Shown here in pieces: positions 10,205-22,580 of a stretch of DNA of 64,000 nt. The position numbers and the translations under genes were made by a program. The notes beneath the pieces are model-generated. The model made no database searches. It saw only the letters and a program-made list of their open reading frames with translations, and was not told the origin of the DNA. Origin of the DNA: Octopus sinensis (taxonomy: Eukaryota); the NCBI RefSeq assembly GCF_006345805.1, contig NC_043017.1, forward strand, positions 18,786,001-18,850,000. The letters run 5' to 3'. The number at the start of each line of letters is the position of its first letter. Positions within the stretch are counted from its first letter, which is position 1.

Positions 10205-11907
10205 ACCTAGTAAAGTGTGTCAGAGGATTTTGAATCTCCTCTGATAAAGAGATTTTTGATGCTGCAGTCAGCATGTTTAAGAACTACATCTTTATGCCAG
10301 GACCTAACACCTGCAAAAGGAAGAGCCACCGGGACGAAGTCAAACGTGTTATTCAAGGCCTCGATGTCAACAAGGGTCACGGCCCTGACGACATACACCC
10401 ACGGGTTATCAAAGCGTTGGCTCCAGTCATCTGCGAGCCCTTAACACGTCTATTCAATATGTCATTGGCAACGGGTGTTATACCTGCAGACTGGAGAACA
10501 GCGATAATCTGCCCAATTTTCAAGAAAGGGAGCCGCGAAGACCCGCTTAACTACCGACCGGTTTGCCTTACATCAATAATCAGCAAGATGTTCGAAACCA
10601 TCCTTAAGAAAAGTATGATGCTCCACCTCCAAAACACAGCCTCTATCTCTGATTCCCAACACGGCTTCATGCCGAAGAGATCATGCTTGACCAACTTACT
10701 GGTAATGGAAGAATTGGTGACGCGCATCCTCGATGATAGTGATGCTGTTGACATCGTTTTATTGGACTTTGCCAAAGCTTTTGACTTGGTAAACCACTGC
10801 CTATTACTTGTCAAGCTTCAAGCATACAGTTTCCATCCGGATATTGTACGATGGGTTGGTGCCTTCCTCTCAGATCGCTCCTTCCAAGTCCAAGTTAATG
10901 GTTCGCAGTCCGACGTCTCAAGTGTGAGCAGTGGTGTGCCTCAAGGTTCAGTGCTTGGGCCCTTGTTGTTCTTAGTCTTCATAAATGACTTGCCCGACGA
11001 CCTCACGCAACATACCCTTCTATTTGCCGACGATATCAAACTGGTCGCTCCTCGCGGTGATATAGAGGATCTTCGTCGATGCCTCCACCAAATTTGGAAG
11101 TGGTCTAACGAATGGGACCTGTGTCTGAACGTGTCAAAGTGCTGTCATCTGCCTCTTGGCTCTCCTCTTGCAACTCAACTTGATTTCGAGCCGGGTCGTC
11201 TGCTGCTGGAGAGGACCGATCAGGTAAAGGACCTGGGTAACTTGGTGGATTCCTCCTTTTCGCCTTCGGCCCAGTGCGTCCATGCTGCCAACAAAGCACG
11301 CGGAATTCTGTTCTTGATTCGACGGTCATTCGGAATGCTCACAGCAACCATATTCCTACCACTCTATGTCACGCTGGTGAGACCCATATTGGAGTACGGG
11401 ATTCAAGCCTCTTCTCCTTATCTCCTCAAAGACATACAGCATCTTGAAAGAGTCCAGAAGCTGGCTACCTGCATGGTTCATGGTCTCAAAAATTTATCCT
11501 ATGAAGAAAGGCTGAGGACGCTCGACCTTTATTCTCTTGAAAAACGCCGCCGCCATGGTGATCTCATTCTCACCCACAACATCATAAGCGGAAAGTGTAA
11601 CCTCTTGAAAGAGCTGTTCTTCACTCCTGCTCCAGAGAGTCAGCTGCGGGGTCATTCCGAAAAGCTCTACCTGCGACGATTTCATCTCAATCGAAGGAGA
11701 GGGGCTTTCTCCGTCCGGGTTGCGGATTCGTGGAACAAGCTGCCAGACGAGATGGTGAAGATGCCGACGACCGCTTTGTTCAAAGCCTCCCTTGACCTCA
11801 AGTGGCCTGAACTCTTTACATGAACACCACCCTGTACTTAACTCCATGTCCCCCTACATGGCCTTGCTATTTGCTTTTGAGCCAAATTAACTAACTAACT
11901 AACTAAT
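10205..11907 (+). mobile_element. CR1/L2-like LINE, 5'-truncated; intact 516-aa RT ORF (10273-11823) and (TAAC)n tail
   Basis: NYRPVCLTS, QHGFMPKRSCLTNL, LDFAKAFD, SGVPQGSVLGP, FADD, VRPILEY motifs; no endonuclease domain; TAACTAACTAACTAAC near 11888-11905. Confidence 0.93.
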
Positions 11908-12089
11908 ATAAAGTCATTTGATTTGCCCCACCCTTCTCACTTAGTGTCAATATGTGCATGGGAAGGATATTTCTCAGATTAGTGGACAAGCACTTCATGC
12001 AGTTGATAGATACAATTTAAGGATCTCTTTCAATTGTGAACCCAAGTTAAAAAGATTTTAGTGAACACCCCTAAACCCTACACAGATGT

Positions 12090-12600
12090 ATGTTGCTTGT
12101 GTAAAGTTAACTGTGAGGGGCCAATGCAATTCCAAGGCCGTGGTCTATGAGGCTGAAGTGGTGTCTGGCAGTAATGATAACAGCAGCAGCACCAACAACA
12201 CATCTGTTGGTAACACAGCAACAATGGCAATGATTGCAGTACCAGCAACACGTCTGGCAGTAACAGTAGCAGCAGCTGCACTAATAACGCAAGGATACGA
12301 ACATGGAGATATTTTGGGGCAACAGAGGGCCCCATCTAGCAACGTCTAAAGAAACACAGGTCCTCTTTCAGGATCCCAGAGAGACACAATATTATGTATG
12401 GCATTTAAAAGAAGAGCGTATGTCATACAGTATTAAATGGAAGCTCCTGGAACAACCTGGACCATACCTTAATAGTAGCAAGCAATGCAAAGATCCTAAA
12501 GAATTTGTTTGATATGTGTGTTGGTGGTGGTGGGGGGGTTCTTAAACTCCAAAAGTGAAATATTATCAGAAGAAATTCATGTTAGAAACATGAAATTTCC
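12090..12600 (+). mobile_element. Penelope-like element, degenerate GIY-YIG endonuclease fragment
   Basis: Pieces translate as GQCNSKAVVYEAEV, RYFGATEGPI*QRLKKHRSSFR, YVWHLKEERMSYSIKWKLLEQPGPY and LNSKSE; stops and frameshifts present. Confidence 0.75.
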
Positions 12601-12831
12601 CACTCACCAACCAGCAAACTGAATTCGTGCATACACTGACCCCCCCCCCCCACTTAGGTTCAACTGGTAGTGGTCGAAGGGAAGTAACTCCATTTTGTTT
12701 CAGGGTTTTTATCATAACCCTGAATGATCAAGAATCTATTTCTATCTCTAGTAGTAGAGGTTATAGTCCTCAGACCAGTGGGTCTGATGAATCATGGAAG
12801 AATTACTGTGAAATAGTAATTTAGTACTTAA

Positions 12832-13180
12832 TTACCTCCACCAAGGAAGGAGGTTATATTTTCATCGGCGTTGCTTTGTCCGTCTGTGTGCAAAATAACC
12901 CAAGTTGTGGACGGTATTTGATGAAACTTGCAGGAAAAGTTGGTAATGAAACAAGGAACAGATGATGAAATTTTGGAAGTGATTCATGAATTTTTATGGA
13001 TTCTTGAAGGATTTATCATTTTTTATATTTACTTTACATGAAGTATTACAATGTTACGTTCTTTGATTATCTCCCTTAACCTGTGGTGGTGTTGCTGTTC
13101 CTAAAGTTTATTTTCGTTTCTTTGTTAGTAATTTTACTCGCGTATCTATCTTAAAATGAGCTGCTTGGCGGAGATCTGTG
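12832..13180 (+). mobile_element. Helentron-associated non-autonomous element (HINE/DINE-like)
   Basis: ATTACCTCCACCAAGGAAGGAGGTTATATTTT start and CTTGGCGGAG subterminal inverted repeat. Confidence 0.6.
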
Positions 13181-13312
13181 GAGGATGACATGACAAGCCT
13201 TGACTATTGGGATCAACACCGCTGTGAAACTAGCTTGCTGTTGTCACTGATGTATTATAACTGCTTCAGATGATTCCTGTTTTTAAAAATCACATGGCTG
13301 TATTATTTTTTT

Positions 13313-13443
13313 TTAACCCCACCAAGGAGGTTATGTTTTTTACCAGCGTTGGTTTGGGAAATATGGCGATTTTCAGCATGTGTGTATACGGGTGGAAATC
13401 AGCTACTTGGCGGAGGTTTGCACTCTCCGAGTGTTTTTCTAGT
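13313..13443 (+). mobile_element. Second HINE/DINE-like element
   Basis: CCCACCAAGGAGGTTATGTTTT ... CTTGGCGGAGGTTTGCACTCTCCGAGTG...CTAGTT end. Confidence 0.65.
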
Positions 13444-13496
13444 TCAAAATCATATTTCTATGTATTTTTATCTATTTACTATTATAGATAAGAATA

Positions 13497-13645
13497 ACGG
13501 AGTGGTTGGCGTTAGGAAGGGCATCCAGCTGTAGAAACACTGCCAGATCAGACGGCCTGGCGCAGCCTTCTGGCTTCCCAGATCCCAGTTGAACCGTCCA
13601 ACCCATGCTAGCATGGAAAATGGACGTTAAACGATGATGATGATA
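13497..13645 (+). mobile_element. RTE-tail SINE
   Basis: Consensus match with (GAT)n tail. Confidence 0.8.
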
Positions 13646-14716
13646 TCTTTACTACTTCTGAAGAGATTCATCTTATAATGATTTTAATTTTATAATTTTT
13701 ATCAAGAGAGTATTATAGTCCATAACACTTCCAACGGCCAGATGGAATCTGTTGAGGCTGCAGATTTTCTACTGCTGTGTGTTCCTGTTGCTAAACCTCA
13801 ACGCTTTCTAAGCAACTTAATATTTTCTTGTAGCCCTTCAATATTTTCAAGGGGAACGGAAACAAACAACATTGCTTGTGTGATAGTGGTGTTCACCTTC
13901 GTAGTGTCAGGAACAGTACACATACATGCACACTTACCATACATCTATATCATTGTATCAAGCAGAAAATTGGGTGTTGTTATACCACTGGTCACTATGT
14001 TTCCCTTGTTGTAGCATTCAGTTTGATGCTGTCCTGCTGCTGCTGGGCAGGTGCACAGGCTGACATTCCCACTGAATAATGTTGATAGTCTGTCACAGCA
14101 TTTCTCATTTGTAGTTGAATGAACTGGAGCAATATAAAATGAAGTTTTTGTTGAAGAACACAAAGCACTATCAGTCTCGGAATTGAAACCATGAGCTTGC
14201 TATTGTGAGTGGAACACCCTAACCACTAAGCCATGCAACTTCACATATATATTTATAGCAGGCTTCTTTCAGTTTCTGTCTACCAAATCTACTCCTAAGG
14301 ATTTTGTGAGCCTAAGATGTCACTCAGACTAAATCTGAGACCATGTGATTGGGAAGTAAGCCTCTTAAGCACACAACTATGTGTGATAGTATAATCTTGC
14401 ATGTGAGCTTCGCTTTATTTTAAGCCCCAATAAATGGTACCATGTTGCATGTGGATCAGCTCTTTAGCATTCATTTGAGAACTGACACAATATTCAATAG
14501 AAGGAATGCTGTTAGGCTTTAAACTTCCTTTCAGTCCATTATTTTATAAGAAGTATCAATATGGTTACCATCCTATGTTCTGAAATTGGTGTATTTGTTT
14601 TGGTCATAAATTTTGTTGATCAAATTCATTGTTTTACTTGCTTATTCTGAGTGAATTATATTGATATTATGAATGTCGTTGGTTTATAATATTTGTAAAA
14701 TTTATATATACACGTA

Positions 14717-15040
14717 GGAGTTGCTGTGTGGTAAGTAGCTTGCTTATGCACCACATGGTTCTGGGTTCAGTCCCACTGCGTAGCACCTTGGGCAAGTATC
14801 TTCTACTATAGCCTCAGGCCAACCAAAGCCTGTGAGTGGATTTGGTAGACGGAAACTAAAAGAAGCCCATCGTATATATGTATATGTTTGTCCCCCCAAC
14901 ATCTCTTGACAACCGATGCTGGTGTGTTTACGTCCCCGTAACCTAGCGGTTCGGCAAAAGAGACCAATGGAATAAGTACTAGGCTTACAAAGAATAAGTC
15001 CTGGGGTCGATTTGCTCGACTAAAGGTGGTGCTCCCTATT
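14717..15040 (+). mobile_element. tRNA-derived SINE family 1, near full length
   Basis: GGAGTTGCTGTGTGGTAAGTAGC (A-box-like) and GGTTCTGGGTTCAGTCCC (B-box-like) head, then internal TA repeat and body. Confidence 0.8.
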
Positions 15041-15612
15041 TATTACAGAATAAATGACATTTTAACCCCTTTTTTTCGTATTGTTGTTGATATCCCATAA
15101 TCATCACAATTTAATGTAATTTTTCTCTTTGTCAATCTTCACAACACCGATCCTCATCCCTGCCTTGCAGTGAACCAATTCAGAATAAGCTGGAGCTCAC
15201 CTTCTGATGAGCCAGGTATGTCAATAAATATCTGCCAACTGATCCGCCACCCACCGATTGCAATACTGCTCCCACGATAGTTGCACACCATGGATTTCTA
15301 GCTCTGAGATCAGGGAATCTCTCCAAGTTGAGTCACTACTTCTCTGCATTCAGAGGTCATGCTTTCTATACTATGGACGTGATTAGACTGTTGCAAGAAA
15401 GAATCACTAGACAGATTCTTCAAGCTAACTTTATCTTTCCCTCTTCCACCAATCCACTCTCTCTCTGTTGTAAAGAAGATATTCCACCTGATAGTTTATT
15501 GTAGACTTACTGCCATTGGTGAAAGTTCATTGTAAGTTCTTTCAGACAGATAGGGCAGTGACCTTGTCAGTTACAAACCTTTCAATAGTGACAAGAACCA
15601 CACAGACAAAAT

Positions 15613-15830
15613 TCACATTACATGTACTTCAAGAACCCTAATCATGGATATATTTTCAGAAAGTTGGATTCCAAATTGAGAGAAGACAACCAGTACCCAG
15701 ATATTGGTGTGGTACTCCATCATAGGGCTAATTTGAGCTTTGTTGAAGTTCAGTGACTGATCAAAGTTGATACGTTTTCCGGCCCTAAAGAGGAAGGTTA
15801 GGCCCCGAGATATCATTTCAGCTATGTTAT
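15613..15830 (-). mobile_element. Degenerate LINE RT C-terminal fragment (CR1/Jockey group)
   Basis: SRGLTFLFRAGKRINFDQSLNFNKAQISPMMEYHTNIW resembles the LGFLFR...LYKAQIRP.MEY..HIW motif. Confidence 0.55.
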
Positions 15831-17226
15831 AGATGTAGGCTCACCAGGAAATGGTCTCGTTTGAACATGGATACAGATTGTAACATAACGAAATACCACA
15901 AGACATTATGCTGATGCTCCACCGATTCTGCTAAGTTACCAACTTTAATAATATTTAAAAACTTACTTCTTTGTTACCCTTATTGCTGCTGAGATACGTT
16001 TTTATTCCAATTCCATTTTTTTAATGAAGAACTTAGTAAAATAACTGTTATTGAGCTAGCATTTGGGACATAACAGAAAACTTTGATGGAAGATTTAAAT
16101 ATTGTATCGCAGAAACAGCCTCCAGCTCATTGTCATGTAAAAAGGCTAAATTTATGTAATTTTTGTACTTTTAACAAGTTTATAAAAGCTGAAATAAGAA
16201 ACTCAGTTATCTCCCCTTGAAAGCAAGATTATTTCAGACGTTCACTTAGAAACTAATTGGAAAAGAGAGTTTAATATGATGGTTTCTTTATTTTCTCTTT
16301 GTTTTACTTTTAATAGCATTAAATGGGATGTTTTTTTTATCTGGGGGAACATGTTTTGGTAAAACAAGTGTTCGTTTGATGCTAAAGGACTGTGGGGATC
16401 CATTTATAGTAACCAATGTTTGCTCCTCTTGACTGTCATGCGACTGGACTGCAACAACAGGGAAGAGAGAGAGACCCCTTCGTCTTAGTAGGGGTTAACT
16501 AATGTGGATTCCCAGCAAGACAATCAATAAACTCCTTGCTATTGAGATGCGCTATTAATCACCTGAGACAAAACTAAATCATAATAGGATAACTACTCAA
16601 GAACATCTTTAGCAATTCTAAAAAAATATTGAAAGTACATCAGAGTGAAAGTTAAAGACGTGAAAAACCTCAGAAGTAAGAAGCGGCTGTCTGATTCATG
16701 TTACAAAATGATACCAAATACATATGGAATATCAAAGACTATAGAACCAATGTCAATGGAATAATCCAGATATCAAGTGAGGTATAAAAAAAATTTTTTT
16801 GACACCATTTTATTATCTCTAACAAACTCTACAATGTAATGAGAACACACTTCTCAGTTTTTACCCACAAATGTCATATTAATCAATTGTATCTTTATTC
16901 TGGGAATAAAATTACACACACACATATATATTAAAGAATGGTTTTATTAAAAACATCACAGTTCTAAGTTAACTGACTAACATAGAAATAGTTGTGATTA
17001 TATATAGTGATTCTATAAATATTGTAAAATATATAAAATGAATAGATTCCCAATTGAGAATAAAAGGGAAAATGAATTCAATCAAGAGATACTGATATTA
17101 CAATATTACAAAATAAATCCCTGGGAAAATATAAATACTCAAAATTATTAGCTATACAGACAAGAATAAGGAAAACAAAATTAAATAAAAATTAAGTATA
17201 GCTAAAGAAATAGGATATGAGTTGAT

Positions 17227-18582
17227 TTACACTTCTATATGAATGCATACATGTGTAGTTAAGAAACGTTTCTGAGAGAATGATTTACCACAGATTTCAC
17301 AGCGATATGGCTTTTCTCTTTTATGAATGCGTTTGTGTTTAGTTAGGTCACAATTTTGAGAAAATGATTTATCACATATATCACAATGATACGGTTTCTC
17401 TCCTGTATGAATACGTTTGTGAGAAATTAATTCACCACTCTGACAAAATGACTTACCACATATATCACAATGATATGGTTTCTCTCCTGTATGAATACGT
17501 TTGTGTTTTGTTAAATCACCAGTTCTAGAGAATGATTTACCACAGATATCACACTGATATGGCCTCTCTCCTGTATGAATGCGTATGTGTTTAGTTAAGT
17601 CACTACTGCCGCAGAATGATTTACCACAGATATCACAATGATATGGCCTCTCGCCTGTATGAATGCGTTTGTGTTTAGTCAAGTCACCACTTCCAGAGAA
17701 TGATTTACCACAGACATCACAGTGATATGGTTTCTCTCCTGTATGAATACGTTTGTGCTTTGTCAAGTTAACACTTCCAGAGAATGATTTACCACAGATG
17801 TCACAGCAGAATGGCTTCTCTCCTGTATGAATGTATTTGTGTTTAGTTAAGTTACTACTCACACAGAATGATTTACCACAGATATCACAATGATATAGCT
17901 TCTCATTTGTATGAATACGTTTGTGTTTAGTTAAGTAACTTCCATCAGAAAATGATTTATCACAGATGTCACAGTGATGTGGCTTCTCCCCTGTATGAAT
18001 GCGCTTGTGTGTAGACAAGTGGTCGTTTCGAGAGAATGATTTTCCACAGATATCACAGTGATATGGCCTTTCACCTGTGTGAATATGTTTGTGTTTAGTT
18101 AAGTCATAATTTTGACAGAATGATTTCCCACAGATGTCACAGTGATATGGTTTCTCTCCTGTATGAATACGTCTGTGAGTAGTTAAGGCCCCATTTTCAG
18201 AGAATGATTTGCCACACATATCACAGTAATATGGCTTCTCTCCTGTATGAATGCGCTTATGTTTAGTTACAGCACTGGTCCCATAAGAGAATGATTTCCC
18301 ACAGATATCACAATGATATGGCTTCTCTCCTGTATGAGTGTACTTGTGTCTTGTTAAGTGACTGCTAGCATAAAATGACTGGCCACAGATGTTACAATGA
18401 TAGGATTTCTCTCCAGTATGAATACGTTTGTGAATATTTAGGTTATCTTTACGAGGAAACGACTTTTTACAGACATCACAGAGATATGGTTTTTTACCCT
18501 CCTTTTTTACGTCATCAGAAAAATCAATACTTTCAGACTCCGTTTCACATTTAACCTTGTTATCATATAATTCATTTTCCAT
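17227..18582 (-). CDS. C2H2 zinc-finger protein ZNF-B, 451 aa from first ATG (18582), 15 fingers
   Basis: 15 fingers (finger 3 has a 13-residue C-H spacer). ORF-track start at 18600 is GTG. Confidence 0.95.
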   Translation of the reverse strand: MENELYDNKVKCETESESIDFSDDVKKEGKKPYLCDVCKKSFPRKDNLNIHKRIHTGEKSYHCNICGQSFYASSHLTRHKYTHTGEKPYHCDICGKSFSYGTSAVTKHKRIHTGEKPYYCDMCGKSFSENGALTTHRRIHTGEKPYHCDICGKSFCQNYDLTKHKHIHTGERPYHCDICGKSFSRNDHLSTHKRIHTGEKPHHCDICDKSFSDGSYLTKHKRIHTNEKLYHCDICGKSFCVSSNLTKHKYIHTGEKPFCCDICGKSFSGSVNLTKHKRIHTGEKPYHCDVCGKSFSGSGDLTKHKRIHTGERPYHCDICGKSFCGSSDLTKHIRIHTGERPYQCDICGKSFSRTGDLTKHKRIHTGEKPYHCDICGKSFCQSGELISHKRIHTGEKPYHCDICDKSFSQNCDLTKHKRIHKREKPYRCEICGKSFSQKRFLTTHVCIHIEV

Positions 18583-19135
18583 AATGTTTTCGTCTTTCAC
18601 TGTAGTATATACTTCAGGTCAATAAGATTACCCAAAAGTTCTGAGTTCAATCCCCACTAAATGCAGCAATTCAAAATCAACAGGGGGACACTTGACAGTC
18701 ATGATCTACACGGGCTGGATCCCTTCCAGTAACAAGAACCAATGGAACAAAATGCTTGATGGAAATTCTTCCTCTGAAGATGTCTACTGAAGCCTGCTCA
18801 TCCATTAATAAAATTCCACTTGCTATAGATGGTTTTCTTTAAATTGTTAGATTTCACTCCAAATAAATATTTCTTCTGCTATAATTCCATCAACTGTGAT
18901 CTTTGTTGATATTTGAAGATATTGCAAAGTCCTTTGTTATCCAATTTTAATTACAATATAAATTCATCTTCCACTCATTTCAGACAGTGAAACAGGGAAA
19001 TTTCACTGTTAATCTCAGTTCACAGCAAATATTTCACAGTAATTCTACAACAGAATTATATAAACAGGATTAAGTCTGTTCTGCATAATTTATTTTTGGT
19101 CTCCAAGTAACGAACTCAAGTAACTAATAATTCTT

Positions 19136-19175
19136 TTATGCCAATGTCATCTGATGTTCTGAAATAAAAGAGAAT
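19136..19175 (-). promoter_or_regulatory. Splice acceptor and micro-uORF (ATG ACA TTG GCA TAA, 19150 to 19136) of ZNF-B
   Basis: Minus strand CTTTTATTTCAG|AACATCAGATGACATTGGCATAA. Confidence 0.7.
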
Positions 19176-19879
19176 GAAATATAAAGAAACAGAGGATACA
19201 TAAAATTAAGATTACTACATTTTTTTTTATATTGATAAACGGTAGATGGAAATGTTTACCTGAAGAATGGAACTCGTCTAATATAGCCATTCCTTTTTAA
19301 GAGCAAAAGTTTACATACATACATAAATACATACACATATATACACACACGTACCCATTTTCTGAAGATACGATCAAGTAAGGCGAGGAGTTTTGTTTTT
19401 TTAATGCAAATTAGATGCGTTTCAGAATGTAATGACAAAACATAGCAAAAAAAATCATATTATTGGCGATTGTTTGTCAATAGACATGATGGGAGGAGGG
19501 GAGACGTTTGAAATACAAAATAAACCAGAACAAAAAAAAAAATGGAAAGATAGGCAAAATCTCGACCAAAACAGAGCCAGCAACGCCGAAAGTCCGTCCA
19601 AAAACTACGGAGTGAGACATGAGGGAGATATGGGGTTAAAAGACGAGATGGTGAGGGTTGGATCGCTTTCAAAAACAAACTGGGTGGGCATGATTGGAAC
19701 GTTTTAAAATGACATGATGGTCGTGTTTGGAAAGCTTCGAAAGACAGAAGGAGGACACAACACCTTTACAAAAGCGTGTTTCCGAACGTCCGCTAGCACA
19801 CATGTATGTGCACAAGCTTCATCAAATGCAAATCAGACCGATTATTTCCGAAGACTACACCTTTGAGTAATTATTCTGT

Positions 19880-20260
19880 GTAATTCTTGGAATATTCTTA
19901 AAAAACAATATGAAATGTCAGTGAAAGCAAGTTTTTTAACTCACTATATTACATATGATAAAAGCAACTTTAGTAAAATGTCTTCTCTTCTTCATTTTCT
20001 TTCCTTTGTCTTTGAACACATCAAAACAAATAGATGAAGCAGAAAAAGGACACATTATAAATGTTGATACTATTAATGATACTTACATATAGAATCAATG
20101 GCGAAGATGTCACAACTTGGACAACGACAGCTTCAACACTTCTACATTTTACAACAAACTTTCGTTTAGATTTTTACATAAAGAATGTTGTAGCTATTTC
20201 TTTCCACAGTTAATTAGCAATCATCTCTAATTTACTGGATTACCTAAATACAAATAATAA
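19880..20260 (-). promoter_or_regulatory. Upstream cassette part A of ZNF-B
   Basis: Reverse complement of the cassette core (ATACTTACATAT...CAATGGCGAAGATGTCAC). Confidence 0.55.
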
Positions 20261-20687
20261 ACTACATCTCACCCAGAAATAACAAGAAAATCTCGATCAA
20301 TTCTCCAAGTTGTTGGTAAAATTTAAATTAGAGTCACTCTTACTACTTCCGGTTATCAGAAGTATGGAAATCCATACGTATCCGCGCTAATTAATACTTG
20401 CAACCTCGTTCATCACTGACTCATTCAACACTCATCCTGGATAACACGGCACGCTTAATTGTAAACCATGTTATGTTTATCAAGGACTGATATGTGAAAA
20501 TACAGGTCAGGGATCAGTCGAAGATTCTGCTTGCACCGCAAAAAAATAATAAAATAAACCAACCTTCCCCTCCAGCAACCATCCCGCTGATGCTCAGCTA
20601 CCCAGAATGCACTGATTATCACTTGTGTTTACATGACCGTGTTGTGAGGCTGTGTATTTTTTAATACGGATTTATATACAGGAACCT

Positions 20688-22580
20688 ATGAACATGGGAC
20701 CAACGAAGAGAAACAATACGAAAGCACCCGATCTGAACAAACGACGTAGACGAGTGTATTCTTTACAGGAAAAAGTGGAGATGATCAAGAAAATATATGA
20801 CGGGGCAAGCTTCGCTGGTGTGGGCCGCGAGTTTGGTGTTAATGAATCCACCATTCGTTCCATTTACAAAGTGCGTGGAGATATAATGAATGCATTCACG
20901 GATGCTGCCCCTAGATCAGTGAATCGAATAGTCAGAGTACATAAAGATGCTTTTATTCAGCCCATGGAAAAGGGGGTTTATTTGTGGATGCAGGACTGTT
21001 ACAGTAAGCGGCTTCCTGTGTCAACAAAACGTATCCAGAATCGTGCTAAGCAAATATATAAGAGCTTGGTTGAGCTTAGTGATGTTGTTGATAAGGACAA
21101 ATATACTTTTCAGGGTAGCCGTGGGTGGGTACAGAAATTCATTAAACGATATAATTTAGCCAGCAAACTTGTTTCAGGTGATGCAACATCAGATGATACA
21201 GAGACAACTCGGCGTTATATTGAAGAAATTTATAAAATGATGAATGAGGGTGGATATTTACCGTGTCAAGTTTTTAATGCAGTTGAAACAGCCCTTTATT
21301 GGAAAAAGATGCCTGAAAAAAGTTACGTAGCGAAAGAAGAGGCCATGACGACGGGTTTTAAAGACGCTAAAGACCGTGTGTCTCTGTTGTTCTGTTGTAA
21401 CGGTTCTGGTGATTTTAAAGCTAAACCACTGCTTATACATCGTTCTGCCCGGCCTCGTCCTTTCCAGAACATTAGCATGTTAACTCTCCCTGTGCACTGG
21501 CGTGCTAATAAAAATGGGTGGATGACTAAAGGGGTTTTTGAAGAGTGGTTCATGACCCACTTCCGCGCTGAAGTGAAAGAATACTGTGCCACGAAGAATA
21601 TTTCTTTTAAAGCAATTCTTGTGTTAGACAATTGTCCTGGCTATTCTACAAACTTAAATGACATTCAGAATGAAATCAAAGTGATTTATTTACCGCCTAA
21701 CACTCAGTCATTGCTGCAACCTATGAACCAAGAAGTGATGGCCACATTTAAGCTTTTCTATCTTGACCATACCTTTGAGGATATACACAAGGCACTGGTG
21801 GACGATGAGGAACTGACTGTACGGCAATACTGGAAACGATTCAACATTCTACACGGTGTTCGCTTCATTGGCAAGGCTTGGCAAGCTGTAACTCAAGGAT
21901 GTCTTTTGAATGGATGGCGCAACTTATTGCCTGACACAACTCCAGACTTCGTTGGGTTTGAAGAGGATAACATGACTCGAGTTCTAAACATGGCAAAAGC
22001 ATTACCTGGGGATGGTTTTCAAGACCTCAATGAAAATGACATCTGGAATATGATGGAATCTCCTGAGCGAGAATTAAATGACACAGAGGTGTTGGAATTA
22101 GTCGACAAAAAACAAAATGACATAGGCACAGAGGACGATGACGGCGACTGTGTAGAATCTAGTCCAACATTAACCATGTCAAACCTAAAAAAAATAATGT
22201 CCTACTATGAGCAGTTGACTCAACTCATACAGGAAGCAGATCCAAGTTTTGAGAGAAAAGAATCTGTAACTGCCATTCTAGATCGTGGCATTGCACCCTA
22301 CAAAGAAATTTATAGGGAACGACAGGCATTAAATAAGCAGTCGATGATAACTCCTCTCTTTGGCAGTTTTTCTGGTTCTCCAGCACCGCAGAAAGAAGAG
22401 CCGGTATCCAGCCGTTATGGAGCTCTCACTATTAGGTCTTCTACACCTCGTATCCAAGTCAATAACATTGACCCTGACTCTAAACCAGACTTCTCAGGCA
22501 TTCTCTCTCTACCACAATCAGCTCCAACAAATAACGATGACAACACAGAAGATGAAGATGACGATCCCAACCTCGTCTAA
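20688..22580 (+). CDS. Tigger/pogo (TIGD-like) transposase-derived ORF, 630 aa: CENP-B-type HTH plus DDE domain with altered catalytic residues
   Basis: YSLQEKVEMI, FGVNESTIRSI, FQGSRGWVQKFIKRY, VFNAVETALYWKKMP, FKDAKDRVSLLFCCN, LVLDNCPGY, PPNTQSLLQPMNQ. No stops or frameshifts. First ATG 20688 follows TATACAG; track start is GTG. Confidence 0.9.
   Translation: MNMGPTKRNNTKAPDLNKRRRRVYSLQEKVEMIKKIYDGASFAGVGREFGVNESTIRSIYKVRGDIMNAFTDAAPRSVNRIVRVHKDAFIQPMEKGVYLWMQDCYSKRLPVSTKRIQNRAKQIYKSLVELSDVVDKDKYTFQGSRGWVQKFIKRYNLASKLVSGDATSDDTETTRRYIEEIYKMMNEGGYLPCQVFNAVETALYWKKMPEKSYVAKEEAMTTGFKDAKDRVSLLFCCNGSGDFKAKPLLIHRSARPRPFQNISMLTLPVHWRANKNGWMTKGVFEEWFMTHFRAEVKEYCATKNISFKAILVLDNCPGYSTNLNDIQNEIKVIYLPPNTQSLLQPMNQEVMATFKLFYLDHTFEDIHKALVDDEELTVRQYWKRFNILHGVRFIGKAWQAVTQGCLLNGWRNLLPDTTPDFVGFEEDNMTRVLNMAKALPGDGFQDLNENDIWNMMESPERELNDTEVLELVDKKQNDIGTEDDDGDCVESSPTLTMSNLKKIMSYYEQLTQLIQEADPSFERKESVTAILDRGIAPYKEIYRERQALNKQSMITPLFGSFSGSPAPQKEEPVSSRYGALTIRSSTPRIQVNNIDPDSKPDFSGILSLPQSAPTNNDDNTEDEDDDPNLV

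Noticed and set aside
14717-14800. tRNA genes at SINE heads (also 4749 and 62545)
   Set aside because: A/B-box-like motifs without a complete cloverleaf, and continuous with SINE bodies.
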